From NCBI GenBank assembly GCA_046757525.1, contig JBHHYI010000110.1, forward strand, positions 1 through 13,700: a stretch of DNA of 13,700 bases, read 5' to 3'. The position numbers and the translations under genes are program-made. This DNA comes from a bacterium (GTDB taxonomy: Bacteria > Zhuqueibacterota > Zhuqueibacteria > Oceanimicrobiales > Oceanimicrobiaceae). Numbering within the stretch: the first letter of the stretch is position 1; every line of letters begins with the position of its first letter. This document shows, piece after piece, positions 8,476-13,700 of the stretch. Below the pieces are notes generated by a model that worked only from the letters and a program-made list of their open reading frames with translations, was not told the origin of the DNA and did no database searches.

Positions 8476-8504
8476 AGAATAACACTTATGTTACAAAAAA
8501 GCAA
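8476..8504 (-). promoter_or_regulatory. Putative sigma-70 promoter for the LolA-like/VPS10 genes
   Basis: The minus strand reads TTGCTT, 17-bp spacer, TATTCT, with an extended -10 TG. Confidence 0.5.
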
Positions 8505-8580
8505 GTAGATTTTTGTGGCAAGGCGTCGTCGTTGCCTGGATCTGTCAGGCCATTTCACCTAAAAATAATCCTGAAATGAT

Positions 8581-8609
8581 TTGACTTTTTTTCTCGAAAG
8601 CTTTATATT
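8581..8609 (+). promoter_or_regulatory. Putative sigma-70 promoter for the Rieske gene
   Basis: TTGACT (8581-8586), 17-bp spacer, TATATT (8604-8609). Confidence 0.7.
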
Positions 8610-8677
8610 TGCGCAGTCGATTTCACAGAAACAGGAATTTATAACCAATCTAAACTGTTGATTGGAGGAAATAAACG

Positions 8678-9349
8678 ATGTCCGAAGAAAAACCCGATGC
8701 TATGAAAAACAAGACTGGCGCTGAGGCGACTCCCCCAGAAGCCGAAAGTTCAAGAAAAGACAAGATCGAAGCCAAAGCGGCCAAGGGCGAGGCTAAATCA
8801 GACAGCATGGACAAGGCCAAGAAGCTCTCTCCCAAGAAGCCGGTTAAGGCTGAAGAAGAAGGCTCCATCTGGATGTCCCGCCGCAACTTCTTCAGTCGGG
8901 CAGGCTGGGCTGCTTTTTTCTCATTTGTGGGCACCATGCTCATCGGTTCGTTGCGCTTTATGTTCCCGCGCGTCCTTTTCGAGCCTTCGCCGGTCTTCAA
9001 AGCAGGCTACCCGGATGACTATCCGGTGGGCACGGTGAGCACCAAGTGGATCAAAGACCAGCGCGTTTGGATCGTTCACAACGAGGAGGGCATCTATGCC
9101 ATCTTCGCCCAGTGTACTCATTTAGGCTGCACCCCCAGATGGTTAGATGCTGAAAACAAGTTCAAATGTCCCTGCCACGGCAGCGGCTTTACCCGTGCCG
9201 GAATCAATTTTGAGGGGCCGGCTCCGCGGCCGCTGGAGAGAATCCAGGTGACTCTGGCTGAAGACGGCGAGCTTTTGCTCAACAAGAGCATTCGATTCCG
9301 GGAAGAAAAGGGCGAATGGGGCCGACCAGGGTCCATTTTGCACGTTTAA
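8678..9349 (+). CDS. Rieske 2Fe-2S protein of the cytochrome bc/b6f type (QcrA/PetC-like), Tat-exported
   Basis: CTHLGC and CPCHGS boxes, GPAPRPL, twin-arginine SRRNFF followed by a hydrophobic helix, GGAGG RBS at 8664-8668. Confidence 0.93.
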   Translation: MSEEKPDAMKNKTGAEATPPEAESSRKDKIEAKAAKGEAKSDSMDKAKKLSPKKPVKAEEEGSIWMSRRNFFSRAGWAAFFSFVGTMLIGSLRFMFPRVLFEPSPVFKAGYPDDYPVGTVSTKWIKDQRVWIVHNEEGIYAIFAQCTHLGCTPRWLDAENKFKCPCHGSGFTRAGINFEGPAPRPLERIQVTLAEDGELLLNKSIRFREEKGEWGRPGSILHV

Positions 9350-9371
9350 ACAACGATCCTATCTCATTTAG

Positions 9372-9405
9372 AAAATCCCACGCCGCTTGAAGCGTGGGAT
9401 TTTTT
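9372..9405 (+). terminator. Intrinsic terminator after the Rieske gene
   Basis: aaaatcccacgc, 8-nt loop, gcgtgggatttt, running into a T tract, about 22 nt after the stop codon. Confidence 0.85.
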
Positions 9406-9666
9406 GTTTGTACCCACGCCACACGATGCTTTAGTCACCTGCCTCAAGTCTGTTGAATATTTGCGCAGTTTTTTGTGTCGGTGCGTTTCATTGGGAAATA
9501 ATTATGAAAATTTGCTTGTTACAAAGAGCGGATGGATTCAAAAACTACCCTTTCTTAAACCAGGGCCCTGAGTGGCTAAAGCGAGGTGATTTCTCTTTCC
9601 CGCCTTTCTACAATTTGGTATATATAATTGGTATGTAATTTTAGGATCATTATTGGCTGAAGCGAA

Positions 9667-10620
9667 TTGTCATATACCGAATTGCCCGTCCTCAAAAATG
9701 AAAAAATGAAGCAAGTCTACTGGCTTGCTTCTAAAGCTGCGAAAGTCGACTTCCCGGTGTTGATCGTTGGAGAAACCGGCGTTGGAAAAGACGTCCTGGC
9801 CAGTATCATCCACGAAAACTCGAGCAGACACCAGGAAGGCCAACTGGTCTCTTTAAACTGCTCCGCTATCCAGGACAATCTGATCGAAAGTGAGTTGTTC
9901 GGCTACTTGAAGGGCGCCTTCACCGGTGCCAGCCACAATAAAATTGGATTGCTCAAAATAGCAGACGGCGGCACCCTCTTTCTCGATGAGCTGGGAGAAA
10001 TGAGTCTCGATATGCAGAAGAAACTTCTGCGGGTGCTTGAATCCAAAGAGTATTTCCCCATTGGTTCCGTATGCCCGGAAAAAAGCGACTTCAGGCTCAT
10101 CTGTGCCACCAATGTCGACCTGAGAAGCATGGTCGACCAGGGCACCTTCCGACGTGATTTGTATCACCGGATCAATGTGATCAATATAAGAATCCCACCG
10201 CTAAAAGAAAGGATCGATGAGATTGCCGATTTTGTGGACTATTTTCTTAAGGAATTGCGCCTGGACTACTACAAAGTTTCCACCCAGGTTTTGGACATGT
10301 TTTTGGGATATGATTGGCCGGGCAACATCCGCGAGATCCGAAACGTGCTGGAATCGGCCGTTGCTTTGATTGACGACGGCGAAAACGTCATCAAGGCCGA
10401 GCATCTGCCCATGGACAGATTTGGCAACAATGGCAATACGCCATGCTACCAGCAAAACATGCCCCTGAAAGACCGTGAGCGATGTTTCCGGGAAGCTTTG
10501 ATCAGACATGCTCTGGAAATCTACCAGGGAGACTACAAGAAGGTCATGGAACTGCACGGCATTTCAAAAGATATGATCTACCGGGCCATCGGTAACCACT
10601 CTCCAAAGCCGAGAATCTGA
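9667..10620 (+). CDS. Sigma-54-dependent enhancer-binding protein (AAA+ plus Fis-type HTH) with no N-terminal sensor domain
   Basis: Walker A GETGVGKD; ESELFGYLKGAFTGA; Walker B LFLDE; FRRDLYHRIN; sensor II WPGNIREIRN; HTH ALEIYQGDYKKVMELHGISKDMIYRAI. An in-frame TGA at 9658-9660 limits any upstream extension. Start uncertain (TTG 9667 or ATG 9706). Confidence 0.92.
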   Translation: MSYTELPVLKNEKMKQVYWLASKAAKVDFPVLIVGETGVGKDVLASIIHENSSRHQEGQLVSLNCSAIQDNLIESELFGYLKGAFTGASHNKIGLLKIADGGTLFLDELGEMSLDMQKKLLRVLESKEYFPIGSVCPEKSDFRLICATNVDLRSMVDQGTFRRDLYHRINVINIRIPPLKERIDEIADFVDYFLKELRLDYYKVSTQVLDMFLGYDWPGNIREIRNVLESAVALIDDGENVIKAEHLPMDRFGNNGNTPCYQQNMPLKDRERCFREALIRHALEIYQGDYKKVMELHGISKDMIYRAIGNHSPKPRI

Positions 10621-10840
10621 GGGCATGGCGCCCGCACAGCCCAAACTTCTACCCATTCTAACAACCGCACAAACAGGAACCGGCGCAGCGGAACAGCGCA
10701 GCACCGCGTTGGCTTGCTAAGTGCCTCATTTCCTAAGTACGATGACGTATTATGTCATTTTCATTTCTTAACAATTCTTATTTTAGACAGGATAAACAAG
10801 ATTTAAGACATCCTGTTTATCAGTGCATTCAAGGGATAGG

Positions 10841-10981
10841 TGTCATTTCGAATCCCGACGTTTGTTGTCGGGGTGAGAAATCTGAGAACGCACAGTTGTT
10901 TGTACTTAAGGCGTTGTTTTTAAAGGCTAAGTCCTGCCCCCGTCAGATTCCTCACCCGGCAGCCGCCGGCTTGGGTTGACA
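10841..10981. repeat. Third copy of the TGTCATTTCGA-hairpin-GAGAAATCT...AGATTCCTCA-hairpin-TGAC element
   Basis: Same framing motifs and about the same length (~141 bp) as 535-676 and 3375-3516; inner hairpin and spacer sequences differ. Confidence 0.8.
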
Positions 10982-11092
10982 GGGACTTCCCTAATCTGCG
11001 GATTATTCAGGTTATGTCATCGCAATTGTGAAATGATGTACTAAGGGCGGAAACCAGCAGACTCCAACAGGTGTGTGCCGGCAGCCCGCTTT

Positions 11093-11139
11093 TCGCAAAA
11101 TTGCGACGCTGCCAGGACGCCCGTTCGCAAATTTGCGAA
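11093..11139. promoter_or_regulatory. Two TCGCAA-N2-TTGCGA palindromes, candidate upstream activator sequences
   Basis: tcgcaa-aa-ttgcga (11093-11106) and ttcgcaa-at-ttgcgaa (11124-11139), centres 32 bp apart, upstream of a -24/-12 element. Confidence 0.65.
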
Positions 11140-11181
11140 TAGAACGGCTGAATAGCGCGCTGTGCAAGGCTGATTTCGGAT

Positions 11182-11196
11182 TGGCATGGATGTTGC
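11182..11196 (+). promoter_or_regulatory. Sigma-54 (-24/-12) promoter
   Basis: TGGCATG-GATG-TTGC versus consensus TGGCACG-N4-TTGC: one mismatch, exact GG-N10-GC spacing. Confidence 0.8.
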
Positions 11197-11431
11197 CATT
11201 AACCACGACAGTTATCGTTTGAGAAAATCCAGAAGAAGTGAACAAGCTCGAAAAAAGTGGCCACTTTGGGAGACGTGTTGTTCAGAAAAGGATGGTGCTT
11301 TCCAGAAGCCAGGGCGTCGTCCTACACGGAGTGTACTCAGGCGAGTTCGATTCTGTTTTGAGTTGGGCAAAAAAGAATTGAATACGTTGTAACTTTAAGA
11401 AAAACCCAACACAAAAATGCGAGGTAGTAAA

Positions 11432-12454
11432 ATGAGAAGTGCAGACCTAACCAACCGGATCAAAGTGCAAACCACTGTCAGACCCAATGAGCTCACCCAC
11501 AACGAGATTTGCGAAATCACCCGCAGCATAGCCCTGTTTTACAAAAATGGCGAATTTATTTGCCAGAATTTCTTCACGCCACCCATTCTTGGCGAAATCA
11601 ATTTGGTGGAAGGGCTTGAAACCAATGCGGAGGTTTATTTTAGAGAAATCAATCTCATTGGGCCGAATCTTTTCCACATTCGTTTAGTCGGCACAGAAAA
11701 CAACGTACGCGCCATGTGCGAAGACCCGGCTTTTTACAAGCACCTGGGCGGAATCAGCACCACCTATGCTTTACGCAGCAACAGTGCCACTCAGACTGAG
11801 ACTACCGCCCGCACAAGAAAATACCTGGAGACCACCGTTGGCAAAGAACGCTGGGATGCCATCATTTCTCTGGACAAAAAGAACTACTCGTTGGTGAATT
11901 ACGTGCTCTTGAAAGGCAAGACCATCCGCATTGAGCAGATCGTCGTTTTAGGCGACCGGCTGCTGGGCCTGACCGACAAACAGGAAGTCGTGCTGGGGCA
12001 ACTGACTCCCGACGTTCTGGAGCGGGCCAACGTGGTCCTGGAAGTCGATCTGATGACTACTATCAACAAACTGGGCAAAGTCGACTCACTGGTGCCGATT
12101 CCCAACTCAGAGGATTCCTTCCTGGTCACGGTCCGCAATGACGTTTACCAGGTCAACATTTGGGGCGATCTGATCCACTTCAACATGTTGGATGAAACCG
12201 TCAAACGCATTAACTCCATACATTTCAACAATACTCGCACCATTATGGCGACCAGCGATGGAATTTTTGAGTTGGATGTCGTGGAAATGCCCAACATGGT
12301 CAAGTCCACCAGTCTGCCACGCCAGATCATCAACCCCCATCTCAGGGACAATTTTAAAGTGGCGCTGTACGTGGAAGACCCCAACATTCTGGGCATTGAC
12401 CCGGCTGTGGGTATTTTTGCCAAAACAGAAGATGAAAAAGTCATGTTCTTCTAA
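11432..12454 (+). CDS. Hypothetical cytoplasmic protein (~340 aa); C-terminal half looks like beta-propeller blades
   Basis: Long ORF with GAGGT RBS at 11421-11425 before ATG 11432 (the track starts it at 11417). No signal peptide. Blade-like strand patterns IEQIVVLGDRLLGLTD, VDSLVPIPNSEDSFLVTVRNDVYQVNI and INSIHFNNTRTIMATSDGIFELDV. Confidence 0.8.
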   Translation: MRSADLTNRIKVQTTVRPNELTHNEICEITRSIALFYKNGEFICQNFFTPPILGEINLVEGLETNAEVYFREINLIGPNLFHIRLVGTENNVRAMCEDPAFYKHLGGISTTYALRSNSATQTETTARTRKYLETTVGKERWDAIISLDKKNYSLVNYVLLKGKTIRIEQIVVLGDRLLGLTDKQEVVLGQLTPDVLERANVVLEVDLMTTINKLGKVDSLVPIPNSEDSFLVTVRNDVYQVNIWGDLIHFNMLDETVKRINSIHFNNTRTIMATSDGIFELDVVEMPNMVKSTSLPRQIINPHLRDNFKVALYVEDPNILGIDPAVGIFAKTEDEKVMFF

Positions 12455-12471
12455 AATCTGCTCCAGCCAAA

Positions 12472-12506
12472 GGGAAGCCTTTCCGTCTGCGAAGGAAAGG
12501 CTTCCC
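12472..12506. other. Perfect 13-bp hairpin just downstream of the hypothetical gene
   Basis: gggaagcctttcc, 9-nt loop, ggaaaggcttccc; no following T tract. Confidence 0.7.
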
Positions 12507-12597
12507 ACTATTCCTGGACGGCTAAGAAGCGATTGGTGCAAAAATCAGGTCCAGTTTTAGTTGGCTAAAAAACCAAGGGAGGGATGCTATTGTTTAC

Positions 12598-12632
12598 AAA
12601 ATCCCACCGTCAGAAACGGTGGGATTTTTTTT
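12598..12632 (+). terminator. Intrinsic terminator between convergent genes, possibly bidirectional
   Basis: aaaatcccaccgt, loop cagaa, acggtgggat followed by a run of T. Confidence 0.85.
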
Positions 12633-12713
12633 GTCCCAAATGAACCCATCTGAACCAGGAAGCATGCCTTCGTTGGCACCCCCCTGTTGTTTTTCCCAGT
12701 CCCGCACGCTCCT

Positions 12714-13700
12714 CTATTTCAGCAAAACCATGCGCTTGACCTGGTTGAAATCTCTAACTTCTAACCGATAAAAATACAAACCTGCGGCCACGGGTTGGCC
12801 GCGAAAATCGCGACCGTCCCAGGACACCTGGTAGCGACCGGCTGCTTGCTGCTTTTGAAGCAATGTCGTCACTTCCTGTCCCGCAATATTGAAGATGCGC
12901 AAGGTCACCAATCCCGCTTTCGGAACGGCATATTTGATCACCGTGGTAGGATTAAAGGGATTGGGGTAGTTTTGTTCCAGACCATAATCGAAAGGAAGCG
13001 GTGAAAGGGAACCGTGCTTCGCCAAGGCGCCTTTGGTAAAATCCGATCCCTGATTCAAATAATGCACGTGAGTGAGAACCGGAATGAGACTGGGGTAGCC
13101 CTGAGATCCGCCAACTCAACCGGCAGGGCTAAAGCCGGATGATCATCGGGTTGAATGGTTAACGTCGGAATTAAAGTTGACTCCCCGGAAGAACTGAGCG
13201 AGGCAGCGTTGGCTGAATGAATCTTAAACTCCAAAATCAGGCTGTCGGCGTCCAGCGGCAGGGTGCCACTCTGGCTGTTGAGATAGGGCGCTAAATTATC
13301 CAGGTACTGCCTTCGTTTGAGGAGTATTTGTACTTCAGGGAATTATTGCTGGAGATGTACATCACCAGAATTCTCATTTTAAAAAAACCGCCAACCCCGG
13401 AGCGTTTGATGGAGATGACCGGCTGGGGTAAGGTGCCCGCCGGCGGCGAGGCCGCTGTGGTCACAGTCACGGCAGCGTCCCAGGCAGAAGGCGTTCTTTT
13501 GCGGAAAACAATGTCGTAGGTTCCGTCGCCCAAATCCCGCTGCCAGACCGCGTAGAGGTTGCCATCGGTTTGATTGATGGTCACAGAAGGAAAGGCATTA
13601 CCTTTGTCGGGGCCTTCGCTCACAAGCTCCTCAACCGACCAGGTCGCCCCCTCGTCGCTGCTTTTGCTGTACCAGATTTCGCCGTTGTCTTCATAGACCA
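12714..13700 (-). pseudogene. Frame-disrupted gene for a secreted BNR/Asp-box protein with a C-terminal T9SS-type/FlgD-Ig sorting domain (5' end outside the window)
   Basis: Three consecutive minus-strand frames. 13698-13291: VYEDNGEIWYSKSSDEGATW...YSSNEGSTWII*. About 13303-13055: LDNLAPYLNSQSGTLPLDADSLILEFKIHSANAASL...LADLRATPVSFRFSLTCII*. 13115-12714: ...LIPVLTHVHY...LEQNYPNPFNPTTVIKY...WDGRDFRGQPVAAGLYFYRL...KRMVLLK*. Confidence 0.75.

Noticed and set aside
8605..9469. 13-bp ATATTTGCGCAGT present at both 8605-8617 and 9457-9469
   Set aside because: Only two copies, and the second has no matching -35; cannot be distinguished from chance.
10710..10724. Second GG-N10-GC motif, TGGCTTG-CTAA-GTGC
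   Set aside because: Spacing fits sigma-54, but it deviates at the CAC and TTGC positions and no credible gene follows directly.
10791..10821. gataaacaagat/atcctgtttatc inverted repeat
   Set aside because: Probably a remnant of another short repeat family, but single-copy in this window and too short to classify.
11020..11031. tcgcaattgtga as a third activator site
   Set aside because: No 2-bp spacer and one arm mismatch; at best a weak site.
10752..11392. ORFs 10752-10979, 11012-11245 and 11186-11392
   Set aside because: They overlap a repeat element or start inside the -24/-12 promoter, with no RBS or protein-like features.
1..13700. tRNA, rRNA, transposase or integrase genes
   Set aside because: None recognisable; the multi-stem elements lack tRNA D and T loop signatures.

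Overview
Bacterial chromosomal window. The NYPNPFNP/FlgD-type C-terminal sorting domain suggests a KSB1/Calditrichota/Ignavibacteria-like host (inference only). In order it contains: the 3' end of a cNMP-binding-domain gene; a receiver-only response regulator and a soluble GAF histidine kinase, bracketed by two related mosaics of palindromic REP-like elements; a minus-strand pair encoding a LolA-like exported protein and a VPS10/BNR beta-propeller protein; a stand-alone Tat-exported Rieske protein with its own promoter and terminator; a sigma-54 activator with no sensor domain; and a frame-disrupted secreted BNR protein gene at the right edge. The best candidate for an undescribed system is an apparently complete sigma-54 unit readable directly from the DNA. 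It consists of the sensor-less activator (9667-10620), two TCGCAA-N2-TTGCGA palindromes 32 bp apart (11093-11138), a near-consensus -24/-12 promoter (11182-11196) and a 340-aa protein of unrecognised family (11432-12454). The second notable signal is the set of intergenic arrays built from at least five hairpin-element types, some of which keep their structure while changing sequence.
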